Positions 27,463 to 43,555 of a DNA stretch of 64,000 bases are shown here, in pieces. Both the position numbers and the translations under genes were made by a program. The notes beneath the pieces were generated by a model, which worked only from the letters and a program-made list of their open reading frames with translations, made no database searches and had not been told where the DNA came from. The stretch is taken from assembly GCF_009914755.1 (NCBI RefSeq), contig NC_060925.1. One strand, 5' to 3'. The stretch comes from the human T2T-CHM13v2.0 reference genome, Homo sapiens. Position 1 is the first letter of the stretch, and each line of letters begins with the position of its first letter.

Positions 27463-30051
27463 CTTGTTCATTGATTTATTCATGCAATCCACAAATATTT
27501 ATTGAAGGGCAGATATGTGTCACAAATTTGTGTTAGGTATTTTTGATGGTCAGCCAAACAAACCCGGCCTCTGCCCTCATGCAGTTTACAGTCTGTCAGC
27601 AGCAAATCGAAAGGAACATATCCTGTGTCTACACTTCCGTGCTATCATTGTGCGATGGGATTTTAAAAAATTCACGAGATTGTTCTAACACCCACAAGGA
27701 ATGCACACTCTCGTTAATCCCACACGACTATTTCTTTAGTGGCTTATTTGTGTTTAATTTCCAAGATAGGGGCGGTGATATTCCCAAATCCCATTTCTCT
27801 CCTAAATCTCGTTTTCACAGATGCTCAGCAAAGGATGTAGGGCGACTACTGCAGCAGCACACAGCATTCAACCAGGAGTGGAATTTCATGAACTGCTCTT
27901 TATTTCCCTTCTGGTCTCTTGAGTCTGGTTCATCTTGTCTAGAGCTCTGATAATCTCCGAGACAAAATATTTAAATCTTCTGCAGCTCTAGGGACTTTGA
28001 GGAAGGAATATTGTGGCTAAAATCCTAAATATTTTGGAATATCATTAATGCAAGGGTTATACAGCAGATGCTGTCTGGCACAATCTCCATCCCAAGAGAA
28101 TGTGTCAATATCTTTGTATATGGAAATGTACATGTATACTCATAAATTTCTCCAGCCTCCCAATTCTGTATCTCTTTCCCCTTTGAGACTGACTTTTACT
28201 TCCCTTCTTTAGCCCCTGCTTACTTTAATATACATTTTTTCTCTCTGTTTTCAGAAAGGGGTAAAAAATTGTTACCATAAATGATTGATAGAGGCCTGAA
28301 TTTTTATTGTTATCTCTTCCGGAGTGGAAACCTGCCTTTTCATAGAGAACGCAGCTTTAATCCAAAGGATGGACTATCTAATTGTTGAATTTCAAATATA
28401 GGCAGGGCTGATTGAGGGTATAGGGTTTTTCAAACGTTCTTAAAATCACAATGTATGAGTAAAGGCATAATACTGATGGGACCACAGTACAGGACGTTTT
28501 CCAAAGGGCGTGAAAGTCATTGTGTGACCCCTGTTGATGCCTCTTTATTCTTGTTTTGTAGAAAAAGTAACTGATTTCTTAAAAAGCATATTAAGCCCAC
28601 ACCCTGTGCCCAGTATTTCTTTAGAACAACCCTAAAAAGGAGACAGGATTATCTTCACTTTACACCCAAGACAGCTGAAGACGACAGCAGCTAAGAGGCT
28701 TGCTCAAGGCCACACAGTTAAGAATTAGAGTTGAGCCTCAGAGCTGGCTCTTGGGTCTGGACCACCTCCCTGGGTTAAATACAGTCCTGTCTCAGTACAC
28801 ACACTGCCTCGCCTCCTGATTTTTAAGGTATTACAAGTTAAACACGCAACAAATAGTCTAGATCAGTTTCATTTTGAAATAACATAGCAGTTATAATGTG
28901 GATGATATTATGCTTGAAATAAAATAATCCTGATCATGGAGCAAGCACAGTGACCTGCCTTAACAGTTAGATGTTAGTAGAGAGGACACAGAGATCATTT
29001 AAATGCTAGTAAGGGCTTGTGACTGCGTTCTGAATGCTTAGTATTTTTAGATTCCTCCAATCGCTTCTAACCTTCAGCCCTGCCATGGTTTTTTCTGTGA
29101 CCACTGGAATTCTAAATTCAGAAAGGTTGTTAGCCACCTGGATAATTGCACCTTTGTAACTTTTAAGACAACAACCTAGAGGCAGAGGATAACTACAATA
29201 AATGACTTGTAATTTCAGGTCTTAGATCTCTGCTTTCACATAAAACCAGCTTTCCACTTCCTTAGGTTCACCACCTGAAGAAATCAAAGCTAAGCATTAC
29301 CAGAAGTCATTATCTACTATTTAAAGCCTGTTCTAAGCGGGAGACAAGCCCCCTTTTTAGGAGGCGTGGGGGCGGGGGGAAGGGGATCCATTTCTCATTT
29401 TGCCATGTTTCTGCAGGAATGTTTTTAATAGGGATCCTTTTTACCCCCAGCTACTCTGCAGCACAGGAGTACGACTGTATTTGAGGAGGCAGCTTGACTT
29501 CATGCTCCAGGGAGAAGTCTTTTATTTCCTGTTGGGGTTTTAAAGTTGCCCTTGCTTAGGTCGTTGCTGTTTTATAAGTCAGCCTGAATATTTAAAGGCA
29601 GGAGGCCTGTTGGTCTATGTTATGTTGGCCTTGGGGCATTAGAATGACAGAGCAGCTTTATTTAGGATTGCGAGGCAGGCCATATGTACTCAATTATCCC
29701 ATTTTCGAGGACTTGGCCATTTGTACCACATCTCCCTGCAAGCCCTTTCATGAGAGCCACTATTATTATTCACATTCAGTAAGACCTGAGAAATATTATT
29801 AGCCAGGAAAGCTCTCATTTACCTCGCCATCTCTCGCAACGTTACTCACTGCCCTCACTGCAGAGCACTCCTTGTGTACCCTCTACCTTAACTAAGTTTG
29901 TCCCAAGAAAATGATGAGAAATTCTTTTACGCTGGCATACACAGACTAATCAGGTTTAGTGGGAAGAGCGTGGCCTCTCAAGTGTGGCAGATCTAGGTTC
30001 ACATCCTGATCTACCCGTCTGAGCTTGGAAAACATTACTTCATTTTTCTGA

Positions 30052-30578
<527 letters not shown>

Positions 30579-30879
30579 GGCCGGGCGCGGTGGCTCATGC
30601 CTGTAAACCCAGCACTTTGGGAGGCCGAGGAGGGTGGATCATGAGGTCAGGAGTTTGAGACCAGCCTGGACAACATTTTTAGTCTCTACTAAAAATACAA
30701 AAATTAGCCAGGCATGGTGGTGTGCGCCTATAGTCCCATCTACTTGGGAGGCTGAGGCAGGAGAATAGCTTGAACCTGGGAGGCAGAGGTTTCAGTGAGC
30801 CGAGACTGTGTCATTGCACTCCAGCCTGGGTGACAGAGCGCGACTCTGTCTCAAAAAAAAAAAAAAAAAAGAAAAGAAA
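30579..30879 (+). mobile_element. Alu SINE in tandem with the previous element
   Basis: Full dimer starting GGCCGGGCGCGG. Confidence 0.96.
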
Positions 30880-31994
30880 ATGAGTTAAAGTTACAAGGAA
30901 GCTGATTTTGGCATCCATAAGAAAAATGGGCACAACGATCGTTGCTTTTTGCGTGGATTGCCACAAGAATGTTTTCGGATTCACAGATGTTTAATACTAC
31001 ACATCACTTTCTCCTTCTCCTACTTTTCCCATAGGTTTTCATTCAACAGATATCTGTTGATTATCTTGTGGTGTTTCAAGATGTGTCCATCTGCATTTTA
31101 GCTGGGCATATGCCCAAACAGCATAGATTTCAAGCTGTCACAACCCACCATGGGACAGATACTTCTTAAAGTGTGTGTGGGTTGCGTTACTGGGACCCCC
31201 AATTGCCACACCGCTAGCATTTGTCCACTTGTAAAGATTTTCTTACTTGTCTTCCTTGTTGAATCAGGAAGTGGACTTTTACATGGTGCATGCAGTTTTT
31301 GATGCGCTTCCTCTCCCTGCTCCCTGGAGGTGCCGCATGAAAGCGCTTTTCCCTGGACGTTCAGCTCCCTCTCCACTCCTTGTCTCTGTGCATCCTGCAT
31401 CTTGGCATCTCCCCCCGTGACATTTATTCCTGTGAATCTGAAAACTTCCTGTATGTTTTGTGGCTACATTCGTATTCCAGTTGCTAGAGCAGAGGGGAGC
31501 GGGTGCTGCCATGTGAACTTTGGTGTTGAAAGAGCTTCAGGATAAAGTTTTCAGAGGACCTGCTATCAACCAAAGCTACTTGAATATAATTAGGAACTAG
31601 GTCCAGTTCCTAATCATACTCCAGAGGAGGATAAATCCATAGGCTGTCCCCAAGCCAGTTAGCTCTGAGTCAGCAATGAGCTTACATCTTCACACGCAGA
31701 TGCTGTAGGTTTACTTCATATGTCCTTCTGCAGTCACTGTCCTGCACGGCTCAGGTGGCAGTGACATACTGGCTAGGGACATGGAGAGGAGCTCTCACAA
31801 GGGATCTGGAAGGTACATCAGGCCTAGGAGAGAGGAACAAATGAAAATGGCACTGGGGCTTCATGGATGGTAATAATTCATACAGGAGACTTTCCAGTTA
31901 GAGCACTAAGTATCAACACTATTTGGAGCATCACTCCAAACTGTACTCATTTCAAACTATAATGAAATGCGTCTTCTCTGTTGTAAGATCTCTC

Positions 31995-32287
31995 TTTTTT
32001 TTTTTTGAGATGGAGTCTTGCTCTGCCACCCAGGCTGGCATGCAGTGGTGCGATCTCGGCTCACCGCAACGTCCATCTCCCAGGTTCAAGCAATTCTCCT
32101 ACCTTAGCCTCCTGAGTAGCTGGGATTACAAGCGCCCGCCACCATGCCCAGCTAATTTTTGTATTTTTAGTAGAGGCGGGGTTTCGCCATGTTGGCCAGG
32201 CTGGTCTCGAGCTCCTGACCTCAGGTGATCCACCTGCCTTGGCCTCCTAAAGCGCTGGGATTACAGGCGTGAGCCACCACGCCTGGC
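31995..32287 (-). mobile_element. Alu SINE
   Basis: Antisense dimer with TSD-like TGTTGTAAG(G)ATCTCT. Confidence 0.96.
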
Positions 32288-32397
32288 TGTTGTAAGGATC
32301 TCTTAAATTTCTCTTATGGCTTCGTCTCAACCACAGAGCAAATAATCCCCTTAAAAATCTTAAGTTTTTAGTTTTTCCAGGGCTTTATTTTGTGTGA

Positions 32398-32700
<303 letters not shown>

Positions 32701-33304
32701 TTGTTTCTTAATTGTTCATTTAACAGGCCTGGTTGGGGTGTGAAATGGAGTCCATGTGTGTATTTTGCATCCTCTGTAAATATGGCCGTAGAGTACATTC
32801 TAAACACAGCCTTTCTGATCCACTGGCTTTTGTGCATACCAGGGTATGACATCGTGTTAAAAAGACCGTTAGTGTAGTGTATTGTTTTTGTAAATGCAGT
32901 TTATTCTAAGCACACTATATGCTGGAATTATTTCTAGAGTTCATAGTGGTATTATCATTAAGGTGTATGGAAAGTATACTAATTCCTATTCTATAGGCAA
33001 AAACAACTGGAGCACAGCAATACTACTGCCTTATTGAATCTTATAAGAATATAGGGGGAATAATACTTGAAGTGTACAATAATAATAATAATATGCTCAA
33101 CCAGCAACACTAATTACCATAAGAAAGATGTGGTTGAGAACTACATTTCCACAATAATTACACAATTGCTACACTCACTTGGCAACCTTATGGTATGGCT
33201 GGTATGCTAGCAACCAAATCTTCCTGTGTAAAACTACTTCCATGATGTTCCTGCCACAGGATTTCGTGCTGGGCTGACAGAACAGAACAGTTTCCTGAGG
33301 AACG

Positions 33305-33650
<346 letters not shown>

Positions 33651-34783
33651 CCCAAGGAGACTTTTCTGATTGCTGGTCTTTGCCATCCTCAGAGAACCAG
33701 GCGGGGCACCCAGGGTCCCTCTTTGTTGACTCATACCTTGGGTTCTCTTATATTTACTCAAACATAATGTCCTGAAGTTATCAGTAGTCCCTTCTTATTC
33801 TCCAGCTCCCTGTAAAGGCTTAAAGCATAACTCTGGGAAAATGTTTTGCTTGGGTGGGCAGAAATGGTATATTTGGGTACAGATGTGGGATGTGAAGCCT
33901 CAGCTGTCACTGCACCTGCACCCAGAGTGGTCCCCACTTCTTCCACTCTTTGCATCTGTCCTGGGCACCCTCCTTTATCTTTGCACAAAGGATTAAGCAT
34001 TTCATGTGATATGCCTTAAATTGATTTTCCTTATGAGTAGGGAAAGGGAGTGGGGATAGAAGACAATTGTTTAATCCAATAATCATGCAAGAATGTGTTC
34101 TTGACATTAAGAGAACAACTGTAGTCTGTGGAGTAGCCTAAGACACAGTTGCACATAGCTATGCAGGCAGTTATTGATCTGAAGAATGAACCGTCATGGC
34201 TGCTTTGAGGAATAAGATGCATCACTATTGAAGGAGGCCGGGAGAATACTGGAGAGTGGTCTCCAACCCTGGATCTTGATGCTGCTGTTTACTGCAGCCA
34301 TGCAAAGGAATGTGTGCTTCAGGTCTGAGTGTTCAAGGCAGGACCAGCAAATTTCCATGAACTCTCTGACCGTAGGCCACCTCTGTTCCATTTTGCTTCT
34401 TTGCTCCTAAAAAAATTAAATATCTTAAGTTAGTTTATAAAACATTATACTTTAAACAGGAAGTGAAAATGTTTTTCTGTTTTTAAAAGTAATATATGCC
34501 ATTGTAGAGAATGTGGAAAATACAGAAAGATTCAGAGATCACAGAATTAAGAATCCAAATGATTTTGACCAGCTGGAATGATCAAGTCTGAATTAGCATG
34601 ATGATATTTAAATGGGATGTGTTTTGCTTTGACGATTTCGGCTTAGGGTCCTCGGAGAGAGAAGCCTGTGTCCCTTAAGCCTAGCAAGGTACTTGGCAGA
34701 GAAGGGCAGAGTGGGGCATTCCTGAATGAACAAATGGATGAATAAATAGAATAGGATGCATGGAATTAAGGCAGGACTCCCTG

Positions 34784-35240
34784 TGTTGGAAGCAAAGCTA
34801 GGAGTCACAAGGAGAACGAGCACTCAAAAAAGAGATTTCTCAGCAAGGCAAATTTACTTCTGCAGAAGGGTGCTTCTCACAGGACTGGTTGCCACGAGAG
34901 CACACCGAACACAGGAGGGAAAGGGTTTTTTTCATTCCTAACGCAGCTTGTCCTTACTGCTGTGTCCTGCCTCCATTGGCTGGAGTTGGACCGCACAATC
35001 TAAACTGAACCCGATTGGCTAACTTGAAAGACAACTTTGGCGGGAAGAGCTGCCACAGCAGGAGGGGTAAATTACAGAGTGAGTAGCAGACGTGGGCTCT
35101 GTAGATAAGGACTTACAAGGGACTTACAGTCCGGTGAAGAACTAAACAGCAATGGCATCTAATAAATACCCAAGGATGAGCAGTTGGTTTCATCTTCATA
35201 CTCCCTAAGGACCGGTGGGAGAGTTGTTTACTGGACCCGG
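34784..35240 (-). mobile_element. Probable ERV1-class solo LTR (family not assigned; right boundary uncertain)
   Basis: TG start; on the minus strand, two CCAAT boxes followed by an AGTAAA poly(A)-like signal; resembles primate LTR consensus sequences from memory. Confidence 0.65.
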
Positions 35241-36730
35241 AAGAAACATGATAGAATTTCTGGGGCATTCACTTTGGAGGAAACCATGGGATGGTCTACA
35301 TTGAAGGCCTGAGGAACTTTTCCCTCCTCCGTGCTAGGTTGGTAGTTTCCACTTTCCACCACCCACTTCCCACAGCTCCCCCCAAACACACGTACACATC
35401 GTTTTTCACACCATCATCCTTTTTGGTAAAGAGATGTGTCCATTTCTGTCCTGCATTAGTGAGTTCCTTACCAGGTGCAAACACTGTTAGATGTCCTGAA
35501 AAATGTATCTCATAAAAGAGCTGTAGCAGGAGGGAGTATCAGAGAAGAGAGTAGCTTTCCTTTTGCTGTCTGGCTGCAAAACCATCTGGAAGCCCCCGCG
35601 GAGGTGGGCTGTGTGCCCGAGCCCTACCTTGGAGAGACACTTGGTTCCCTTTTCCAGCAGATTTCTTTTCCTGACAGATAATTCTCTGTTAATCGAGGGC
35701 TCCTCAAATCCGAATCTGAGCTTCCTCTTCTATTCTCACCTCTGTGCCAGGGAAATTTTCTTGGCAATTGAAACCAAAGCGATAGGCTGGCAGTGGGACT
35801 CTGCTTGGCTGGGGGTAAAATAAGCAATGATTGCACATAATTGCAGAAAACAATTTTGAATTTTATTAATGAGGTGCTCCAAACAACATCTTTTAGTCCA
35901 TTGTCCCACTTAACAGCCAATTCACCGGAGTTCATTGTGCTGTAATTTACATCTATCTTCCCCCATTGATAACACCAGGCCCTTGTGTTCTGTAATTGAC
36001 ACAAGTTGGTCATTTTCAGGGGTGTTTCTCTCTCTAAGGACATAAAATAAACAGGCTTGCTGGCGAGTGGGATTGAGTTAGCCTCATCCACAGAGCCAAT
36101 TGGCTGCTGCTGCTTGACGCTCATTTTCCTTCCTCAGGAGAGGTGGCACAGCCGTGGGTACGTGCACAGAAAGTCCTCAGGTTAAAGATGTTGAGGTGGA
36201 GGCCTGGGGAGGCAAGCGGATGTCGATAGTGAGAAAACGAGACTTCTTTGCCTTTCCTTTGCTTCTTGCCACCCAGGACCCAACATCTCCAGGTGGAGCT
36301 GATTTTTAGTGTGCGCAGCCAGGCTTTGGGGGCAGTAGAGGTAAGATTCAGGGGAGGGTTTCCAGGAGGGGATATAGGCCACCACCTCCTTCAGCATCTC
36401 ATCTCAAAATGTAGCATGTGTGAGTCGCCACTATAGGTCCCAGTGAGCTCAGCTAGCCCAGCTCCTACCTTCTTTGTGTGTTTACAGCAAAAACGCTGTC
36501 ACTGCTTTCATGTGTCTGTTTAAACACTGTGTGGCCATCGGCTCTGTGTTGGGCACTTAGGGAGTATGAAGATGAAACCAACTGCTCATCCTTGGGTATT
36601 TATTAGATGCCATTGCTATTTAGTTCTTCGCCAGACTGTAAGTCCCTTGAGGTCAAGGATCTCGTCTCCTCTGTTCTTAGTATCCTCTATAGAACCGATA
36701 ACAGAGTGGACACTTAGAAAAACATTAACA

Positions 36731-37144
<414 letters not shown>

Positions 37145-39034
37145 CTAAAAGGTTACAGAAAGAGCTGTGGGACATAGAGAGAGGTGTTTCTTTTCCCTGG
37201 GGTGAGCCGGGAAGCCTTCATGGAAAGGCTGGCCTGGAGCATGAGAGATTCTCATCGGTGGACGGTGGAGGTTGAGCATTTCAGGGGTAAATTCCGAGAA
37301 CATTGTACACACATAAGAAATAATGCAAGGTGCCTATGGCTTTGACTTGAGCATTTGGTATGTGCAAGGAAGTGACTGGAGATCAAAAGGGAAATGCAGA
37401 TTGGAAACAGGGCCTGGGGGTCTTGTGGCAGCTTGTGGGTGGCCATGCTTTCCCTGGGCACTGCCCGACCCAGGGGACTCAGCTGCGGGTGGCACGCTCG
37501 GCGTGCAAGGCATTTGCTTACTGGAAACTACACCCGTAAGAAGATACTGGGGTCTTGGGAAGGAAGGTGACTGTTAACCTGTGGGGGTCAGCTTACAGTG
37601 TGAGTGTTGGCCAGAATGATCAAGCTCTCCAGCCTTAGCCCAGATCAAAATCCAGAGGCCAGGAAGGATGTAAGCCTAGCTCTGTGCCATGCAGCTGGTT
37701 GGAACAGAGGTGCAGATACAGGCTCCACCCCTCTGGGACCATCAGCTCCCAGGGTGTCTGCAGCCTCACAGCATGACTCTCTCCCAGTCAGCCCACCCCC
37801 AAGGCCCCGCAGCTGCAGCTTCTGCTGTGCTTTCATTCCAGGGATGGGCAGGGTGACATCAGGCCACCCGCAGCCTCTGGCCTCAGCCTCTCTGCCTAGG
37901 TGGCACCATGGGCTCCAACCAGCCGGGGCAGCTGCTGGGACCACCCCGCACAGGCCCACTCTGCAGTGAGGGAAGGACCGACAGGCTTGCGGCTGCTGGA
38001 TTACTCAGTATTTTTCACTTTAATATCCTAATCCTGAAGTTGTTCTGCGATGTGGTGTTCTGGTGGTAAATATAATCTTTTGGCAGAGTTTTTGAACTGT
38101 CTGGAACCCAATATCCTAAGCTTTTTTTTTTTTTTTTTTTTACTGTATTTGGATTATATTGTGGGATTTTTTTCCCCAAGGAGGAAAAAACGTATTTTAA
38201 AATACAACATGAAGTGAGTGAAAAAATTTGTTTAATGCAAATAAAAGAATTGAAGCTGGAGGGTGAGTGTTTCCAGAGGAGGCCATCACCGTAGGAGGAG
38301 AAGCTGGACTCAGAGCCAGGGAGTCCCAGAGCCTGTGGTAGGCCCTGTCCTTGTGTGGGGAGATCAGCCAGTTCCAAGTGCAGGGACCAAGGACATTCCC
38401 AAGCCCGTCCTCAGCCAGCTAGTCCTGCAGGGCTGTTCGGAGCATCCAGGTCTTCTGTCATTTTTTCTTCCCCAGACAAACCTCCTAGACATAGGAAGCC
38501 CTTTCAGAAGACACATTTGCCTCTCCACAGCTCCACCCATTATCCTTTACCACTGGCGATGTTCTGTTCTTCTTGGGACACCACAGCGTTATTTGTCTTT
38601 CCAGACCAAAAATATATCCCTCAGGAGTATGGCGGTTTTTAAGCTCACACCAAGGGAATGCTTGTATAGGCCTTGTGTCTTCTTGTGATGTTTCCCAGCG
38701 ATGGGCCTGAACGGGAGAGACTAGCCAACTGTTGCTGAACGCGATATTCTTTTGTGAATAAAAAGGCCCTGATTCCAGCCAAACCGGGATCTGGTTTGGC
38801 TGGGTGTGGGACGGGAGCAGTCACCGCAAGATCCCCAGACATGTGTCTGAGCCCCTGTGTGGCCTGAGGCTCTCCCAGTTAGTCATGGCAGTAGAAAGTC
38901 TCTCCCTGCTCGAGATGCAAAAGACTCACCATCCAAAGAGTTGGGCCATCCCCTGCCCACTGTGACTGTCTAGCTGTCTGCCCCTTGACAGGGCCCAAAA
39001 TGATCCAGTGCTGGAGGCCGGCTTTGCAAACCCA

Positions 39035-39313
39035 AGGCAGGGTCTCACTGTGTTGCCCAGGCTGGAGTGCGGTGGCCCAATCAGCTCACTGTAACCTTGA
39101 ACTCCTAGACTCAAGCAATCCTCCTGCCTCAGCCTCTCAAGGAGCTGGGATTACAGGCATGCACCACTAAGCCTGACTCATTTCTTTACTTTTTGTAGAG
39201 ATGGGGTCTTGCTGTGTTGCCCAGGCTGGTCCTCAATTCCTGGCCTCAAGTGATCCTCCTGCCTCAGCCTCTAAGAGCTCTGGGATTAGAGATGTGAGCC
39301 ACTGTGCCTGGCC
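39035..39313 (-). mobile_element. Alu SINE (AluJ-like), tail missing
   Basis: Diverged antisense dimer. Confidence 0.92.
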
Positions 39314-41774
39314 TCATGATAACTTTTTATAAAGAAAAAAATTTAAATCCTCTGTTTCTTCTCTTCCTCATCTTCCCTTACTTTACCCACAAACAGGGGA
39401 AGAACTTTCTAGCAGGAACCATTTAGTTCTGTCTTGGGAGCACTTGTTTCCTTCTCAGTTTCTTAGAAAGTGCAGAGTCTGCTTGCTGGCACCGCACCGT
39501 ATCAAATGCTTGTGATTTCCATTCGGCCTGCACCCACGGCAGTGGGCTCTGCCCGACTGCTCCTCAGCGGGGGCCTGGGAGGGGGCTGAAAAGCCTGGGG
39601 CTGGTGGGAAGTGGTACTCCCTCCAGCATGGCGGTTTGGAGTCTTGAGGAAGGGTCCCCCCTTAGCCGTGGCCCAGGGACACTGCCCCTCCCCACCCCCA
39701 GACCCTTCCCGACAACACTGCCTGCTTGGGATGCTCTAGGCAGAAGTGGGCGGTGGGGCTGGCCTCCATTTCAGTGCTTGGTAATTTTACGGTTGGGGTC
39801 TCCGTCTTAGAAGCAATTTCCCATAATTCCACTTGGGAGAGAAGTGTCTTTATTGCTCATCCCCATTTTAAAGGTGGGTAATTGGGGGCCTCAAGAGATT
39901 AGGAGTCTTGCTCATGATAAAACAGGAAGTGGTGGGTCTGCGATTTGGAATTCTGCGTTCCTGCAGGACACCCTGCCGCCCGTGCCACCTGTTCTCTCCC
40001 ACGTGATGGGCGCAAACCCCTGAGAGGTCCCTTTTCAGCTCTTGCTCCATTCTCAGCTGTTGTGTTTCCCTCTCCAGATCCCCCACATTGACAGAAGAGA
40101 TGTGATGCCTCCGGGCAGTTAAGGGTGAAAAGCGAATGCAGGTTTTCTCTCTCCTCTTTGCCCCCAATCCTACGGGTGAATGAGGCTTGCATCTCTCTTT
40201 TGCTACCATCGAGGGCAGCAGCTCAGTCAGCTAACTTCCGTTTGCCTGCCGGCATGAGTTCAGCGAGTTTCCCCTTGGTTTTAGAGCCAAAGCCTTGGTG
40301 TAACTTTGCGTGCTGTCGCCCTGAGAGGCGGCACCGTCGGGCCCCGAGTCAGCCGTGTGCTCGAACCGCCCCACTTTACCATTCCTGTTCCTCACCGGTC
40401 ACTCTTTAGTAGAGTCCCGTCCACTTAAGGAGCACTTCATACCCATGAATTGAGTAAAATTATTTTACAGCATATGGCATTTTTCATGACTATAATTACA
40501 AAGGATTCTAGACGTCATTGATGGGGGTTCTCCCTGGCGCTAACACTGAGTGAGAAGTTGACCCAGTTAGATTAAAGCTCAAGTTAATAAACAGCATTCA
40601 CACATTTCTAGGCCTGTTGACCAATATCCTTTAAATCAGTGTGGCTTTCCAAGGGGGGAGCAAATAAAACCCTAAGGTAGCCAGAGTGCTGTTTTTTCCA
40701 ATTAACCTTGTTCGTTTTGATTTCCTTTCGGTTCAGAACAATTTAGGTCAATCTTAGATTTTTAAGAATGAACCTCTGGAGGGAGAGGAAATTAACTAGG
40801 CCCTAAGGGGGCTTGGTTACCACAATTAACCCCAAAAGACAGACTCTCAGGCTGGTGGGGGGCCTGGAGAGGGGCCACATGACCACTTCAGGCCATCTGC
40901 TCACATGGAGACCCTGGTGGGAGTGTCCTCTTTTCTTTCCTGCTGGCTGGTTAAATAAACTCTGCAGGCTACCACGCTGACGAAGGGTCTGCCCATTTCT
41001 CATGCTCCTTCTGTCTTTTAGCCAAAGCTGTGTTCCCTCTCTTTCTGAGAAGAGGGATCAGCAAACCCTTAACTCCCAGAGATCGCTGGTGGAGTTCAGG
41101 GATGGAAGTGCCTGATCCAGGCAGACCTAAAGCAGAGGTAATGGAAGAGAGATGGGAGGACAGAGAAGAAAAGAAGGGCGTGGGGCAGGAAGGCAGGGCC
41201 AGACTCCTTTCTGTGTTAGGAGCAGAGCCTTCCTTCACCGGAGCCTGGGCAGTCAATCACCCTGAGAGCGCTGGGAGCCTTTCATCATCATCAGAAGGCG
41301 TTGTGTGTGGTGTGGATGCACACGTGACCGTGTGCCGCACCTTTGTTCTGCCCGTTCCTTACTCCTTATTTAGGTGATGAAAGATGTGGTGCCCCAACTT
41401 TAAGTTCCACTTGACGCAGAATTTCCTGATTGAGGATGGAGCCTGGGGCTACCTTGAGGTAATTACGGGATAGTCGTTGTACCTGGAACGTACATTTTTC
41501 TAAAGTTGCCACACAGTAAGACTCCCACAGTTCTGTCCACACCCCTTCCCATGACATTATTGTTTCTTCAAAAGGGACCAGCCGCTGAGATTTTGTTAGC
41601 AGGGAAATCTGTTTCACAGGAAGGAGGGATGTGTAGATGGGACCTAAACATCGAAGTTTATAATTTGGTGAAAACCTGATAAATGGGAAGACCATTTGAA
41701 ATAGATGTTTCAGTGGCTGGGAGTCCCAGATACCCTTGAATTTAACACTGCTCATTACATACCTCAGTGACCAG

Positions 41775-41989
41775 AAATTGGAGACCAGCCTGGGCAACAT
41801 CGCAAGACCCCATCTCTACAAAAAGTAAAAAAAAAAAGAGTCAGGCTTAGTGGTGTGTGCCTGTAATCCCAGCTCCCTGGGAGGTTGAGGTGGAAGGATT
41901 GCTTGAGCCCAGGAGTTCAAGGTGACAGTAAGCTGATTGGGCCACTGCACTCCAGCCTGGGCAACACTGTGAGATCCTGCCTCTAAAAA
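41775..41989 (+). mobile_element. 5'-truncated AluJ-like element
   Basis: GAGACCAGCCTGGGCAACAT..GGATTGCTTGAGCCCAGGAG. Confidence 0.9.
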
Positions 41990-42212
41990 CATTTTTTTAA
42001 TATCATCATAAACTCTGTCAGAAATACAAAGGAGCATAAAGAATGTAACAAACAATCTGTATCCACAATCTGGCCTAATAAATAACACATTACCATCCCA
42101 TTTGAAGGCTTTTTGCCAGACAGAGGGCAAGTCCTTGAGCGGGCGTCCAGTGCAGGTGTGCTGAAGAGCCCAGCCTCAAGCCTAAAATGGGATAGTACAG
42201 GACATGAACATG

Positions 42213-42610
<398 letters not shown>

Positions 42611-43555
42611 TCAGTTGGGCCACGGAGAACGGGTAGGATTATCTACTTTGTTCTGCATACATCTCCCTAACCCTTCCCTTAAGCTTCTCTTCCAAAGTTT
42701 CTCTGGGAAGTTTCTCTTTCCCTTCCCAGACTAAAGCTCTTTCCCTGCTGTTTGTCCTCTCTTGCTTGGCTCAGGCTATGATGGAAAACGTCCTCAGGCT
42801 GGGTTTCTGGGTGCCAGATGGCAGCCACCATGGGAGGAAGGGTGGCCGAGTACTCTCAGGGCCCGGCTCCTTGGTGACCAGCCAGGTGCCCTCCAGCCAG
42901 CGGCCCCAGCATGACACGGTCCAGGTAACCTCCCTTCACCGTGCTATTGGGAGGGTGTTTTCCAGGACTGGTGTGAAGTAGATTCAGTTCCCGAGAAGGA
43001 CAGAGCTGCCTGATGCGTGAACAGGCCTCTCTGAGACCAGGGAGGCCACAGCTCTGAGACATGAAGCAGATGCTGCTCCTCAGGGCCTGTGGAGAGAGAA
43101 CTCTACCCTCTTCCATTTCTGAAAGCCAGTGGAGGCTTCTCCTCCTCTGGAGGATTCATTTCATTTGTTAGTTAACGCATCCATTCCTTCAACATAGATT
43201 CATTCCATGTCAGCTCTGCCCCAGGCCTTATGCTGGGCTCGGGGTGTGGAAAATGGAATCGAAGCTGGTCTCTGCTCCTGAGAGGCTTACAGCCCCTTTT
43301 AGGGTATGTGCTGGATCTGGAAAGCTGGGATAGAAGAAATTGGGTGACTGTGTATTGTCTTTGTGCTTTTGTGTTTTTTTAGAGGCTTCTATGATCAGAA
43401 TATTTTTGGACTAATGATGTGAGTTCCTTAGATAATTTGAAAATGTGCCCCTATATTCTCTACTGTTTAGAGTGGTATAATGTTGGCATGACCTCATCTT
43501 CCTTTCAAGATTACATATTAAAAGAAAATTTGACTTTATATTAAACGAAGTCAAA

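Noticed and set aside
28225-28270. Strong-looking splice acceptor (similar ones at ~2337 and ~36138)
   Set aside because: No convincing paired donor or reading frame; isolated acceptors are common in intronic DNA
29135-29160. CACCTGGATAA match to the 8612-8746 unit
   Set aside because: Only about 11 bp of identity; compatible with chance
33241-33300. Possible C/D box snoRNA (ATGATG...CTGA)
   Set aside because: C box imperfect, too short, no convincing terminal stem or recognisable guide
37885-37910. CTCF-like motifs (also ~47716, ~53690, ~62389)
   Set aside because: Each has several mismatches or an indel in the core; cannot be supported without a PWM scan or ChIP data
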